64,000 nucleotides of DNA, taken from contig CAWGTN010000002.1 of NCBI GenBank assembly GCA_963825525.1, positions 1,664,001-1,728,000 of the forward strand, in the 5' to 3' direction. A model generated the notes under the pieces. It was not told the origin of the DNA, made no database searches, and was given only the letters and a program-made list of their open reading frames with translations. The position numbers and the translations under genes were made by a program. Of this stretch, positions 1-10,589 are shown one piece after another. Numbering within the stretch: the stretch's first letter is position 1; every line of letters starts with the position of its first letter. The DNA is from an uncultured Chloroflexia bacterium. GTDB taxonomy: Bacteria > Chloroflexota > Limnocylindria > QHBO01.

Positions 1-395
1 GCCGGAATGCGGTCCAGGAAATGAGCCTCCACGCCACGCAGGTGCGTCGGCGCCGCGTCGCGCAGCCGATCGAGTCCGCTCTCCGTGAGCGACGCCCACT
101 GACCCCGTCGATCGCTGTCGCAGGTGACACGTTCGACGAGGCCCTCCGCCACGAGTCGGTCCACCAGCCTTGTCGCCCCGGACCGGGACAGCAGGAGTCG
201 ATCGGCCAGCTCGCTCATCCGGAGGCGTCGATCCTCGGCGGCGGACAGCTGAACCAGAACGTCATAGTCGGTGAGCGCGAGCCCCTGGTCGGCCTGCAGC
301 TCGTGCTCCAGGCGCCCAACCACGCGGGCATGCGCGCGCAGGAAGGCACGCCATGCGCGGAGCCGCGGGTCGTGCCGCGAGATGGTGTCGGTCAT
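1..395 (-). CDS. MarR family transcriptional regulator (3' end runs off the window)
   Basis: Manual translation from ATG 395: MTDTISRHDPRLRAWRAFLRAHARVVGRLEHELQADQGLALTDYDVLVQL...LRMSELADRLLLSRSGATRLVDRLVAEGLVER...DRRG (winged HTH). Divergent from yceI, a common pairing. Not in the ORF track. Confidence 0.9.
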   Translation of the reverse strand, partial: MTDTISRHDPRLRAWRAFLRAHARVVGRLEHELQADQGLALTDYDVLVQLSAAEDRRLRMSELADRLLLSRSGATRLVDRLVAEGLVERVTCDSDRRGQWASLTESGLDRLRDAAPTHLRGVEAHFLDRIP

Positions 396-483
396 GCGAG
401 AAGGATACATCGTTGCGCTGGCAACTACCAGCCTGTATAGTTGCGTATGCAATCACCCATACGCAACACCGGAGCACGTACCG

Positions 484-1032
484 ATGACCTGGACTCTCGA
501 TCCCGCCCACTCGGCGGTGACCTTCAACGTCAAGCACATGATGATCACCACCGTTCGAGGCAGCATGAAGATTCGCGACTTTGACCTGGAGTTCGACCCT
601 GACGAGGCCCAAGCGTCCTCCGTTCGCGTCAGCCTCGACGTGGCGTCGATCGACACGGGCCAGGATGGGCGCGATGAGCACCTGCGCGGCGCGGACTTCT
701 TCGATGCCGCCACCCACCCGACCATTGATTTCGTCAGCACCAGGATCGAGGGGAAGGGAACCAGCGGCAGGATCCACGGTGACCTCACCATCCGCGGCAC
801 GACGCGCCCTGTCGTCCTGGACGTCGAGTTCGCCGGCATCGTGGCGGACATGAAGGGTGGGCAGCGGACGGCGTTTGCCGCCACGACGCGGATCAACCGT
901 GAGGACTTCGGCCTGACATGGAACGTCGCGCTCGAGCAGGGCGGCTGGCTCGTCGGGCGCGAGATCGGCATCGACATCGAGATTGCCGCGGTGTCCAGCG
1001 ACCTCGTGGCGCGGGAGGCCGCGGTCGCCTGA
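484..1032 (+). CDS. YceI family polyisoprenoid-binding protein
   Basis: MTWTLDPAHSAVTFNVKHMMITTVRG...RDEHLRGADFFD...GDLTIRG...INREDFGLTWN motifs. Confidence 0.93.
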   Translation: MTWTLDPAHSAVTFNVKHMMITTVRGSMKIRDFDLEFDPDEAQASSVRVSLDVASIDTGQDGRDEHLRGADFFDAATHPTIDFVSTRIEGKGTSGRIHGDLTIRGTTRPVVLDVEFAGIVADMKGGQRTAFAATTRINREDFGLTWNVALEQGGWLVGREIGIDIEIAAVSSDLVAREAAVA

Positions 1033-1054
1033 TCGGCCCGGCTAGCATGCCCCG

Positions 1055-3109
1055 ATGCCGCGACTCGAGTACCCGGACGCGCCGACCGCGGACCAGGTGG
1101 ACGTTCTTCATGGCGTGGAGGTCACCGACCCCCATCGGCCACTCGAGGACGTCGACGCGCCGTCCACGCGCCAGTGGATCACCGCGCAGAACGCACTGAC
1201 CAACCGAGTCCTGGCTGAGGTTCCGGCGCGCGCGGCAATTCACCGCCGAGTGGGGGAGCTCTGGGATCACCCCCGGGCCGGCGCGCCGTGGCGCCGTGGC
1301 GATCGATGGTTCCAGTTCAGGAACAGCGGCCTCCAGGACCAGGATGTTCTGTGGGTGTCGAGCGCGCCCGATGACGAGGGATCGGTCCTGCTGGATCCGA
1401 ATCCGCTGGCCGCCGACGGCACGACCGCCGTCTCGGCCGTGACCGTTTCCGAGAGCGGGGAGCTCATCACGTACGCCACGAGCGACGCGGGATCCGACTG
1501 GCGGACGTGGGCAGTGCGGCGCACCTCGAGCACCGAGGACCTTCCCGACCGTCTGCCGTGGAGCAAATTCTCGTCAGCCGCCTGGACGGCCGATGACGCC
1601 GGGTTCTTCTACGGACGCTATCCCGCGCCTCCGTCCGATGCGACCTACGAGGCGCCGACACTCAACATGGAGCTCTGCTACCACCGGCTGGGCGACACGC
1701 CCGAGGATGACCTGGTCGTCTTCGCACGTCCGGACTCGCCGGAGTGGAGCTACGAGCCCGAGGTGGTCGATGGCGGCCGTTGGCTTGTTGCCAGCGTCTG
1801 GCGTGGCTCCCAACCCACCAACCTCATCTACACCGCCGACCTGGCCGATGGCGTCGCCTCGGCCGTTCTTCACCCGGTGCTTGACCAGGATGACGCTCGA
1901 TACGAGCTCATCGGCGCGGTCGACGGGACTCTCTACCTGCTCACCGATCGCGACGCGCCTCGTGGACGGATCGTGGCGACCGAGGCGGCCGGCGACGGCG
2001 ACCTCCGCGAGATCGTTGCCGAGGGCACCGACACCATCGAGCAGGCGCGTCTCGTCGGTGGGCGCCTCGCCCTCGTCCTGCTGCACGACGCCCACCATCG
2101 TCTCCGCCTCGTCGACCTCGACGGTTCGCGCGACACCGATGTCGGGCTCCCGGGCATCGGAACCATCGTGACCATGACGGGTCGGCGCCAGGACCCGGAC
2201 CTCCATCTCACGTTCATGACGTTTGCGATGCCGGCCGCCGTCCTCGCGGTGTCCATGGCCGACGGCTCGATCCGGTCGCCGGGCTCGGCGCAGCTGCCGT
2301 GGGACCCCGCGGACTTCGTCACCGAGCAGGTGTTCGTCGATTCGGCCGACGGAACCCGCATCCCCCTCTTCCTGACCCATCGTCGTGATGTCGGTCCCAC
2401 CGGAGATGTTCCCACCCTGCTCTACGGATACGGCGGGTTCCAGGTGTCGGTGGGCCCGACGTTCAAGGTCGAGTGGCTGGCCTGGGTGGAACGTGGTGGT
2501 CTCCTCGCCGTGGCCTCCCTTCGTGGCGGCGGCGAGTACGGACGCGAATGGCATGATGCCGGGCGCCTGGCGAACAAGCAGAACGTCTTCGACGATTTTG
2601 CCGCCTCCGCTCGCTGGCTCGCCGCGTCCGGCTGGACTCGAGCGGAGCGCATCGGCATCAGCGGACGCTCGAACGGCGGACTCCTGGTGGGCGCCAGCAT
2701 CACGCAGCACCCAGAGCTGTTCGGTGCCGCCGTGGCCGAGGTGGGCGTGATGGACATGCTGCGCTTCCATCACTTCACCATCGGCTGGGCGTGGACCAGC
2801 GATTACGGCTCGGCGGAGGACCCCGAGCAGTTCTCCGCGCTCCTCGCCTACTCTCCGCTCCACAACATCCGCGATGGCATGACCTATCCGTCGACCCTTG
2901 TCACCACCGGCGACCACGACGACCGCGTCGTCCCTGGCCATTCGTTCAAGTTCGGGGCGGCACTCCAGCGCGCGCAGGCGGGGGATGGGCCGATCCTGGT
3001 CCGGATCGACACCGACGCCGGGCACGGCGTCGGCAAGCCGGTCAGCAAGCTCGTCGACGAACGCACCGACGTCCTCGCCTTTCTCGAGCACGCGCTCGGC
3101 GTCAACTGA
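1055..3109 (+). CDS. Prolyl oligopeptidase (S9A)
   Basis: DPHRPLED N-terminus, LLYGYGGF, LRGGGEYG, GRSNGGLL nucleophile elbow, DDRV and GHG triad motifs. Confidence 0.95.
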   Translation: MPRLEYPDAPTADQVDVLHGVEVTDPHRPLEDVDAPSTRQWITAQNALTNRVLAEVPARAAIHRRVGELWDHPRAGAPWRRGDRWFQFRNSGLQDQDVLWVSSAPDDEGSVLLDPNPLAADGTTAVSAVTVSESGELITYATSDAGSDWRTWAVRRTSSTEDLPDRLPWSKFSSAAWTADDAGFFYGRYPAPPSDATYEAPTLNMELCYHRLGDTPEDDLVVFARPDSPEWSYEPEVVDGGRWLVASVWRGSQPTNLIYTADLADGVASAVLHPVLDQDDARYELIGAVDGTLYLLTDRDAPRGRIVATEAAGDGDLREIVAEGTDTIEQARLVGGRLALVLLHDAHHRLRLVDLDGSRDTDVGLPGIGTIVTMTGRRQDPDLHLTFMTFAMPAAVLAVSMADGSIRSPGSAQLPWDPADFVTEQVFVDSADGTRIPLFLTHRRDVGPTGDVPTLLYGYGGFQVSVGPTFKVEWLAWVERGGLLAVASLRGGGEYGREWHDAGRLANKQNVFDDFAASARWLAASGWTRAERIGISGRSNGGLLVGASITQHPELFGAAVAEVGVMDMLRFHHFTIGWAWTSDYGSAEDPEQFSALLAYSPLHNIRDGMTYPSTLVTTGDHDDRVVPGHSFKFGAALQRAQAGDGPILVRIDTDAGHGVGKPVSKLVDERTDVLAFLEHALGVN

Positions 3110-3116
3110 CGGCGCG

Positions 3117-4175
3117 TCACGGGTCCTCGCGCGGAACGTTGATCCAAAAGGTGGATCCGACACCCTCTTCGGTCGTCATCCCTACGCTGCCGCCGTGCGC
3201 ATCGGCGATGTGACGAACGATCGCCAGCCCGAGGCCGGCGCTGGCGCCGGTTCCGTCTCGTTCGTCCCGGACGCGCGACCTGTCGACCTTGTAGAAGCGC
3301 TCGAAGATTCTGGCGCGGTGCACGGCCGGGATACCCACCCCGTCGTCGGCGACGGTGAACCGCACGTCCCGGTCATGTTCCACCCATCCGATGCGCACCT
3401 CCCCGCCGGGATGGCTGAACTTCACGCCATTGTGGGCGAGGTTCAGCAGTGCCTGGCCGAGGCGCGACCGGTCAGCAATGGCGCGAACGCCCTCATGCGC
3501 GTTGCCGGTCTTGCCCGTGACGCGGATGTCACGCCGCTCGGCAACGGGCCGAATCCGCTCGACGCAGGTGGCGACCACCTCGTCCGGGTCCAGGGCCTCG
3601 GTCGTGAGATGGAGATCGCCGGACTCGATGGTGGAGAGGTCGAGCAGCTCATCGACCATCTGGGCCAGGTGGTCCGCCTCGCGTTCGATCTGGGTCGCGA
3701 ATTCGCGCAGCGTATCGGGATCATCCACCGAACCTGCGGCGATCGTCTCGGCCAGCAGCTTCACCGACGTCAACGGTGTCCGCAGCTCGTGGCTGATGTT
3801 CGCCACGAAGTCGCGACGCACCCTTTCGATGCGGCGCAGCGTCGTGACGTCGTGCAGCGCAAGCACAAGTCCGCCGGAGGCCAGCGGAATGGCATCGACC
3901 GTGAAAGCTCTGGCATCGAGGTGTCCAAGCTCGACGTCCTCCTCGAGCGGCGCACCACCGCTCAACGCGCGCCGGGCGAGCGCGTCGAGCGACGCCGATC
4001 CGAAGGCTGCAATCAGGCTCATGCCGAGCAGGGTGGTGGGCGGCCGATCGGCCAGGGTTCCCGCTTCGGCGCCGGCCCGGACGATTCGCAGGCTCTCGTC
4101 GAGCAGGACCAGCACATCACGTCCCCGGTGCGCAACGAGTGCGTCGAACGCGGAGGCGCCGTCCGGCTGGCTCAC
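3117..4175 (-). CDS. phoR: PhoR-like sensor histidine kinase (PAS-like + HisKA + HATPase)
   Basis: RRDFVANISHELRTPL H-box, NLAHNGVKF, DDGVGI, IFERFYKVD, AGLGLAIV; downstream of pst/phoU. Confidence 0.88.
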   Translation of the reverse strand: MSQPDGASAFDALVAHRGRDVLVLLDESLRIVRAGAEAGTLADRPPTTLLGMSLIAAFGSASLDALARRALSGGAPLEEDVELGHLDARAFTVDAIPLASGGLVLALHDVTTLRRIERVRRDFVANISHELRTPLTSVKLLAETIAAGSVDDPDTLREFATQIEREADHLAQMVDELLDLSTIESGDLHLTTEALDPDEVVATCVERIRPVAERRDIRVTGKTGNAHEGVRAIADRSRLGQALLNLAHNGVKFSHPGGEVRIGWVEHDRDVRFTVADDGVGIPAVHRARIFERFYKVDRSRVRDERDGTGASAGLGLAIVRHIADAHGGSVGMTTEEGVGSTFWINVPREDP

Positions 4176-4870
4176 GACGAGCGTGGCTCGAATGCATAGC
4201 CGACGCCGCGCACCGTGCGGAAGTGGTTGTGCCCGTCGCTTCCGCGGAGCTTCCCGCGCAGCCAGCTCACGTGCACGTCGACGGTGCGCCCGTCACCCAC
4301 GTAGTCGTAGCCCCAGACCCGGGTGAGCAGCTGGTCGCGCGTGAAGATGCGTCCAGGGGAGGAAGCCATGTGGGCCAGCAGGTCGAACTCCTTCGTCGTG
4401 AGATGCACGGATTCGGATCCCACGAGCACCTCCCGTCGCGCCACGTCGATCACGACCTCGCCGAAGGTGAGCCGCTCTCGTTGCTCCGGGGCTTCCGCCT
4501 CACGCCGATGCCGCCGCAGGACGGCCTCGATGCGTGCCAGCAGCTCGGGACGGCTGAACGGCTTTGCGACGTAGTCGTCGGCGCCGATCTTCAGTCCGAC
4601 CACGCGGTCGATCTCGTCGCCCTTGGCCGAGAGGATGATGACGGGCGTCGTGACCCCGTCGCGGCGGAGCACCCGAAGCACCTCGATGCCGCTCATGCCC
4701 GGGAGCATGACGTCGAGCAGGATGAGATCAAGGAGCTCGCTGCGTGCCGCCTCGAGGGCGGCCTCACCGTCGGCCGCCGTCGCGACCTCATAGCCCTCGC
4801 GCGTCAGGTTGAATGCCAGCGCCTGGCGCAGGGTGGGATCGTCCTCGACGAGAAGGAGTCGTCGGCGCAT
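4172..4870 (-). CDS. phoP: OmpR/PhoB-family response regulator (PhoP/RegX3-like)
   Basis: LLLVEDD, LDVMLPG, GADDYVAKPF, RTVDVHVSWLRGKL, TVRGVGY; operon context. Confidence 0.88.
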   Translation of the reverse strand: MRRRLLLVEDDPTLRQALAFNLTREGYEVATAADGEAALEAARSELLDLILLDVMLPGMSGIEVLRVLRRDGVTTPVIILSAKGDEIDRVVGLKIGADDYVAKPFSRPELLARIEAVLRRHRREAEAPEQRERLTFGEVVIDVARREVLVGSESVHLTTKEFDLLAHMASSPGRIFTRDQLLTRVWGYDYVGDGRTVDVHVSWLRGKLRGSDGHNHFRTVRGVGYAFEPRSS

Positions 4871-4878
4871 CGACCCGG

Positions 4879-5574
4879 CTACGGGTTGAGGTCCTCTACC
4901 TGGCCGGTGGCCAGATAGACGACATCCTCTCCGATGTTCGTGACTCGATCGCCGAGACGCTCCAGGTGGTGTGCGGCGAACAGCATGTGCGTCGCCTGGC
5001 GGGCGCGGTCCGGATTCGCGGTCATCATCGCCATCGCGTCCTCGTAGACGCTGTTGTAGAGGTGATCGATCTCGTCGTCACGACGGCAGACGGCTCGAGC
5101 TCCGTCCTCGCTCATGTCGACCAGCGCGCGCATCGCCGCGTGGAGCTGCTCCCGGCAGATCCGCTCCATGTGCGGAATCTGCTGGAGGATCGGGATCTCC
5201 GGCTCCGACGCCAGCTGCTGGCTCAGCTTCGCGATGTTGACCGCGTAGTCGCCCATCCGCTCGAGCTCGGCCGATGCGTGATACAGCGCGAGCAACTCGC
5301 GGATATCGCGCGCGACCGGTGCCTGGGTGGCAATCAGGGTCGTGATCTCGGTGTTGATGTCTCGCTGGAGCTCGTTGACCTCCGCGTCGTCCCATCGCAC
5401 CCGGTCGGCCAATTCGGGATCGCGCTCGACGAGAGCACGCCCCGCGCGCTCGAGCGCCTCTTCAACTCGGGCGCCAAGGCGCAGCACGTCATCCTTCACC
5501 CGGTCGAGCGCGCGATCGAACGTCGCCCGCGGGCCGATATGGCGCTGCCCAACGTCGTCGGTTGCGCGATCCAT
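4879..5574 (-). CDS. phoU: Phosphate signalling protein PhoU
   Basis: QAPVARDIR, ELERMGDYAVNIAK, DDEIDHLY, LERLGDRVTNIGEDVVY. Confidence 0.95.
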   Translation of the reverse strand: MDRATDDVGQRHIGPRATFDRALDRVKDDVLRLGARVEEALERAGRALVERDPELADRVRWDDAEVNELQRDINTEITTLIATQAPVARDIRELLALYHASAELERMGDYAVNIAKLSQQLASEPEIPILQQIPHMERICREQLHAAMRALVDMSEDGARAVCRRDDEIDHLYNSVYEDAMAMMTANPDRARQATHMLFAAHHLERLGDRVTNIGEDVVYLATGQVEDLNP

Positions 5575-5592
5575 GAAAGCCTCCTTTGCCCC

Positions 5593-6504
5593 TCAGCCGA
5601 ACCGGCCGGTGATGTAATCCTCGGTGATGCGATTCGCGGGCCGGGTGAAGAGCTCTTCCGTGGCCGCCATCTCCACGAGGTACCCGGCACGGTCCTCGCC
5701 CATGGTGAGGAAGGCCGTGAAGTCGCTGGCCCGTGCGGCCTGTTGCATGTTGTGGGTGACGATGACGATCGTGTAGTTCTCTCGGAGCTCGCGCATCAGC
5801 TCCTCGATCTTCAGGGTCGCGATCGGGTCGAGTGCGGAGCAGGGCTCGTCCATGAGGATGACGTCCGGCTCCACCGCGATGGCGCGCGCGATGCAGAGCC
5901 GCTGCTGCTGGCCGCCGGAGAGCGCCGTGCCCGGCGATCGGAGCTTGTCCTTGACCTCGTCCCAGATCGCCGCTCGCCGCAGGGACCGTTCGACGAGCTC
6001 GTCCATGTTCCCGCGATAGCCGGCGATTCGCGGCCCGAACGCGACGTTGTCGTAGATGCTCTTCGGGAACGGGTTTGGCTTCTGGAAGACCATCCCGATC
6101 CGTCGCCTGACCTCCACCGGGTCCACGCCATCGGCGTAGAGGTCGACACCGTGATAGCGCACCGACCCGGTGATATGGGCGGTGTCGACGAGGTCGTTCA
6201 TGCGGTTGAAGCTGCGAAGCAGCGTGCTCTTGCCGCACCCCGACGGGCCGATCAACGCGGTGATCTTGTTCTTCGGCACCTGCAGCGAGATCTCGCGGAC
6301 GGCGCGGAAATCGCCGTAGTAGCAGGACAGGCGATCAAGCTCGAAGACGACCTGGTCGGGTTCGAAGGTCATCGGCAGTCCGTCGACAGCGGTCGGCGCG
6401 GTCGGCTGGGCTTCGTCCGTCGTGTCCACGACGCCTATTGTTGATGGTCGGGCGTCGTCTCGCTCCGCGCCGTCGGCATCGGGCCGTCGGATCCTGATGG
6501 TCAT
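5593..6504 (-). CDS. pstB: Phosphate ABC transporter ATP-binding protein
   Basis: [58 protein letters not shown]; start ATG 6504 or 6525. Confidence 0.96.
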   Translation of the reverse strand: MTIRIRRPDADGAERDDARPSTIGVVDTTDEAQPTAPTAVDGLPMTFEPDQVVFELDRLSCYYGDFRAVREISLQVPKNKITALIGPSGCGKSTLLRSFNRMNDLVDTAHITGSVRYHGVDLYADGVDPVEVRRRIGMVFQKPNPFPKSIYDNVAFGPRIAGYRGNMDELVERSLRRAAIWDEVKDKLRSPGTALSGGQQQRLCIARAIAVEPDVILMDEPCSALDPIATLKIEELMRELRENYTIVIVTHNMQQAARASDFTAFLTMGEDRAGYLVEMAATEELFTRPANRITEDYITGRFG

Positions 6505-6508
6505 CGGG

Positions 6509-7432
6509 TCACCACTTTCGGTCATATCGGTTTCGGAGGACGATGGCGGTGGCGTTGACGAGGAGGATCACGCCGAGAAGGACGACGATGGCGGCAGCCC
6601 CGAGGGCCCGGAACTCGGCCTGCGGATAGCCCGCCCAGTGGTAGACGAGGGTCGGGAGGGTGGTGTAGCCCTCGCCGAGCTGCTCCCACGGGGCGCCGAC
6701 GAAGCTGAACGTCCCGGCGATCGCCCCGACCATGAGCAGCGGTGCGGTCTCGCCGAAGGCCCGGCCCAGCGACAGGATCGTGCCGGTGAAGATGCCGGGC
6801 GCCGCATAGGGAAGGACGTGGCTGCGGATCGTCTCCCATCGCGTGGCGCCGACCCCGAAGGCGGCCTCGCGAATCGAGGTCGGGACCGCGGTCAGCGCCT
6901 CGGACGTCGTGATGACCACGATCGGAAGTACGAGCACCGCGAGCGTCAGACCACCGGCCAGGAGGACGCTGCCGAGCCCGAGCGCGGTGCTGAAGACGGC
7001 GAGCCCCAGCAGGCCATAGACGATGGCCGGGACCCCGGCCAGGTTGCGGATGTTGGTGCGGATGAACCGACTGAGGCGCGAGTCCCTCGCGTACTCCTCC
7101 AGGTAGATGGCAGCGCCGACACCGATCGGGATCGCGAGCGCAGCGACGATGAGCGTGATCGTCACCGAGCCGATGATGGCCTGGATGATCCCGGCTCGCT
7201 CCGCCCGCGCCGACACGGTCGACGTGATGAAGTCGATGGGACGGTCGGCAAGGACCGGGAACGCTTTCATCAGCACATCACCGATAAGCACGAACAGGAT
7301 CCCGATCGCCACGAGCAGGGAGAGGAGGAGCGCGCCCTCCAGGACCCAGCTGCGCCAATCGCTGCCGCCAGCACCCTGAAGGCGACGGGCCACGAGGTCC
7401 CGGGCGCCGAGCGCCTCGGTTCGGGCCCCCAT
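6509..7432 (-). CDS. pstA: Phosphate ABC transporter permease PstA
   Basis: [37 protein letters not shown]; start overlaps the pstC stop. Confidence 0.95.
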   Translation of the reverse strand: MGARTEALGARDLVARRLQGAGGSDWRSWVLEGALLLSLLVAIGILFVLIGDVLMKAFPVLADRPIDFITSTVSARAERAGIIQAIIGSVTITLIVAALAIPIGVGAAIYLEEYARDSRLSRFIRTNIRNLAGVPAIVYGLLGLAVFSTALGLGSVLLAGGLTLAVLVLPIVVITTSEALTAVPTSIREAAFGVGATRWETIRSHVLPYAAPGIFTGTILSLGRAFGETAPLLMVGAIAGTFSFVGAPWEQLGEGYTTLPTLVYHWAGYPQAEFRALGAAAIVVLLGVILLVNATAIVLRNRYDRKW

Positions 7433-8373
7433 CAGTACTTCCTCCGCACCCGACGCACGAATGCGTCCGAGATGAGGTTGAGTCCGAACGTCATCAGGAA
7501 GAGGAGGAAGCCCAGGAAGTAGAGGCTCTCGAACGTGAGTGCGGCGCCGCGAACCTGGTCCGACCCGATGGCCAGCGCGGTCATGGCCGCCGTCATCGTC
7601 TGTCCCTGGTCCAGCGGGTTGAGGTTGAACAGCGATCCGCCCGTGGCACCGGCCACCATCGAGACGATCATCGTCTCGCCGATGGCGCGCGACACTCCGA
7701 GGATGAGCGCGGCAACGATGCCCGAGACAGCCGCCGGCACCACGACCTGGATGCTCGTGGTGCGACGTCGCGCACCCAGGCCGTAGCTCGCCTCGCGCAG
7801 GTACTCCGGGACGGCATGCATGGCGTCTTCGGCCACGGACGCGACGAGCGGTGTGATGAGGATCCCGACGGCGATCCCGGCGGCCAGCATGTTGAACAGG
7901 GGTGCATCGAAGATCGCCTGGACGATGTTCGGGCTGATCCAGGCCAGGGCGAAGAAGCCAAGCACGACCGACGGGATCGACGCCAGGAGCTCGATCATCG
8001 GCTTCAGGATCTTTCGTGAGCGCCGGCCCGCGTACTCGGACAGGTAGATCCCGGCGCCGATACCGAGCGGGGTCGCGACCGCCATCGCGATCCCGGAGAT
8101 CACCAGCGTGCCGACGATCGGCGTGGCGAGGTCGTAGAGCCCTCGACGCGGGAACCACCCGTCGGTCACCAGCTGCCCCGGGTCGACCTGCACGACGAAG
8201 TTCAGGGCGTTGCCGGCCAGCGTGATGATGATCGCCGCGCTGATGACGATCGACGAGGCTGCGGCGGCCAGGAACAGGGCGCCGATCGCGCGCTCCCGGC
8301 GCCTGCGGCCGGCGCCGATCTGGAGGTCGGAGGGCGTCAGGGGATCTGGACGTGAGGCGGTGGATGCCGTCAT
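7432..8373 (-). CDS. pstC: Phosphate ABC transporter permease PstC
   Basis: IYLSEYA, ELLASIPSVVLGFF, LREASYGLGA, SRAIGETMIV. Confidence 0.95.
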   Translation of the reverse strand: MTASTASRPDPLTPSDLQIGAGRRRRERAIGALFLAAAASSIVISAAIIITLAGNALNFVVQVDPGQLVTDGWFPRRGLYDLATPIVGTLVISGIAMAVATPLGIGAGIYLSEYAGRRSRKILKPMIELLASIPSVVLGFFALAWISPNIVQAIFDAPLFNMLAAGIAVGILITPLVASVAEDAMHAVPEYLREASYGLGARRRTTSIQVVVPAAVSGIVAALILGVSRAIGETMIVSMVAGATGGSLFNLNPLDQGQTMTAAMTALAIGSDQVRGAALTFESLYFLGFLLFLMTFGLNLISDAFVRRVRRKY

Positions 8374-8401
8374 CGGTCGCTCATGGTACGTGGCCGGGAG
8401 A

Positions 8402-9427
8402 TCAGCGATCGTTCCAGGCTGATCGCGTCTCCTCCAGCAGCTCGGGCGTCAGCGAGACGTAGCCCGCCTCGGCGACGACGCCAATGCCCTCGTCTGACAG
8501 GTAGTAGTCGACGAAGTCGGCCACGGCCTGGACCTCGGAGGCCCGTTTGGTGTTGACGTAGATGAACAGGTCACGGCTGATCGGGTACTCGTTGCTGGCG
8601 ATCGTCTCGGTCGTCGGCGAGACGCAGCCATCCCCACCGTCCACCTCGAGGGCCTTGACCACGTCGGCGTTCTCCTCGAAGAATGCGAAACCCACCCAGC
8701 CGAGCGACGTCTCACTTCCGCTGATGCCCTCGACGATCACGTTGTCGTCCGCAGACGCCGTGTAGTCGGCGCGCGCCACGGGATCGGTGCTCCGAGCCTC
8801 GGCGATGCCGTCGAAGACGAGCTCAATGAAGCTGTCGTACGTGCCGGACTCTTCGCCCGGTGCCGTGACCTCGAGGGACACGTCCGGGTAGGGTGCGTGG
8901 GCCGGTCCGAACTCGTCGCCGACATCGGCGGCAAGCTCAGTGGCCAGGTCGTTTGCATCGCTCCAGTTGTCCATGCGCTGGGACTCGGGGCCGAGCAGCG
9001 CGTAAAGGTCGAGGAACGAGAGACAGGTCACCGCGTCGTTCGCGGTCGCGGTGATGACGCTGATGCCATCAACGGCGACCTTCAGCTCGACATATTCGAT
9101 CCCGTTCTCCGAGCACGCCGCGGCCTCCTCGTCCTTGATAGGTCGCGAGGCGTTGCTGATGTCGGTCGCGCCGTCGCAGAACAGAGCGAAGCCGTCGCCG
9201 GTGCCGGGACCGTCCACCTGGTAGTCAAAGCCGTCGGTGGTTGCCGCGAAGTCCTCGGCCACCAGCGAGGTGATCGGCTCGACAGTCGATGAGCCGGAAA
9301 CGATCACCGCACCGCCCTCAACGGCGTCATTCGACGCGCGAGGCGTGGTGACACATCCGGCAAGCGCCATGGTTCCGACCAGTGCCAGCGGGAGGATTCG
9401 CCGCGGCAGCTGTCGCGAGATGTTCAA
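8402..9427 (-). CDS. pstS: Phosphate-binding lipoprotein PstS
   Basis: TTG start at 9427 after GAAGGAG; lipobox LAGC; SGSSTVEP, GPGTGDG, NASRPIK, SGTYDSF, YPISRDLFIY. Confidence 0.93.
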   Translation of the reverse strand: MNISRQLPRRILPLALVGTMALAGCVTTPRASNDAVEGGAVIVSGSSTVEPITSLVAEDFAATTDGFDYQVDGPGTGDGFALFCDGATDISNASRPIKDEEAAACSENGIEYVELKVAVDGISVITATANDAVTCLSFLDLYALLGPESQRMDNWSDANDLATELAADVGDEFGPAHAPYPDVSLEVTAPGEESGTYDSFIELVFDGIAEARSTDPVARADYTASADDNVIVEGISGSETSLGWVGFAFFEENADVVKALEVDGGDGCVSPTTETIASNEYPISRDLFIYVNTKRASEVQAVADFVDYYLSDEGIGVVAEAGYVSLTPELLEETRSAWNDR

Positions 9428-9506
9428 CGATGCTCCTTCCGTACTCGTGAGTGCCCGTGCAACTCCAACGGACACCAGTTGACGTTGTCGAGCATGCGCC
9501 AGGCGC

Positions 9507-9550
9507 CTCAATGCACCCTCATGCACGTGTCAACGAAACGTCAACGAGCA
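9507..9550 (-). promoter_or_regulatory. Putative Pho box: four 11-nt direct-repeat units upstream of pstS
   Basis: + strand units at 9507, 9518, 9529, 9540: CTCAATGCACC, CTCATGCACGT, GTCAACGAAAC, GTCAACGAGCA; 11-nt periodicity typical of PhoB/PhoP sites. Confidence 0.65.
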
Positions 9551-9587
9551 GCGAATGGTCGAGGCGCCTCCGAGTTCGTGCCAGGCG

Positions 9588-10589
9588 TCAGCCCAGGATC
9601 GGTGTCAGGATCAGGTAGGCGACCGCCGCGGTGGCTCCGGAGGCCGGAATCGTGAGGATCCACGCGGTCACGATGCTGCGGGCCACGCCCCAGCGCACGG
9701 TCTTCAGCCGGTCCGACGAGCCGACGCCCATGATCGCCGAGCTGATGACGTGGGTGGTGCTGACCGGCATGCCGAAGTGGGAGGCGGCGAAGATCACGCT
9801 GGCTGCCGTGGTCTCGGCCGCGAACCCGTGGACCGGGTCGAGCTTGACCACCTTGGTGCCCATGGTCTTGATGATCCGCCAGCCTCCGGCGGCGGTTCCC
9901 AGGCTGAGCGCGGTGGCCGCGGTGAGGATCACCCACAGCGGAACCTTGAACTCGGGGATGACCCCGGCCGTGACGAGCGCCAGGGTCATGATGCCCATCG
10001 TCTTCTGGGCATCGTTGCTGCCATGGCTGAACGCCATCCAGGCCGCGGACAGCACCTGGAGGCGGCGAAACGCACCGTTGAGGCGCCCGGGATGGGCTCG
10101 TCGGAACACGTTGAAGAGGAGGCCCATCAGCAGCAGGCCGATGACGAAGCCGATGATCGGCGAGCCGACGAGCGGGAGGAGCACCTTGTTGACGACACCG
10201 TCGATCTGCCAGGCGCCGAAGCCGGCCGAGATGAACGCCGCTCCCAACAGCCCGCCGATCAGCGCGTGGCTGGATGACGAGGGGATGCCCAGTCGCCAGG
10301 TGATGAGATTCCACACGATGGCACCGATGAGCGCGGCAGCGATGACCGTCTGAGACTCCACGTTCGTGTCGATGAGTCCCGAGCCAACGGTCTTGGCCAC
10401 CGCGGTTCCGGTGAGCGCTCCCGCGAAGTTGGCGACGGCGCTCATGGCGATCGCCCACCCCGGCTTCAACGCTCGGGTGCTGACGCTGGTGGCGATGGCG
10501 TTCGCCGTGTCGTGGAAGCCGTTGATGTAGTCGAACGCGATCGCGAGCCCCAGGACGACCAGGAGCGTCAGCGTAAAGCCGTCAGGCAT
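9588..10589 (-). CDS. pit: Inorganic phosphate transporter (PiT family)
   Basis: INGFHDTANAIATSVST, GIPSSSSHALIGG, HGSNDAQKTMG, PVSTTH. Confidence 0.95.
   Translation of the reverse strand: MPDGFTLTLLVVLGLAIAFDYINGFHDTANAIATSVSTRALKPGWAIAMSAVANFAGALTGTAVAKTVGSGLIDTNVESQTVIAAALIGAIVWNLITWRLGIPSSSSHALIGGLLGAAFISAGFGAWQIDGVVNKVLLPLVGSPIIGFVIGLLLMGLLFNVFRRAHPGRLNGAFRRLQVLSAAWMAFSHGSNDAQKTMGIMTLALVTAGVIPEFKVPLWVILTAATALSLGTAAGGWRIIKTMGTKVVKLDPVHGFAAETTAASVIFAASHFGMPVSTTHVISSAIMGVGSSDRLKTVRWGVARSIVTAWILTIPASGATAAVAYLILTPILG

Noticed and set aside
21-440. Plus-strand 139-aa ORF
   Set aside because: Antisense to a clear MarR gene that the ORF track missed because it runs off the window.
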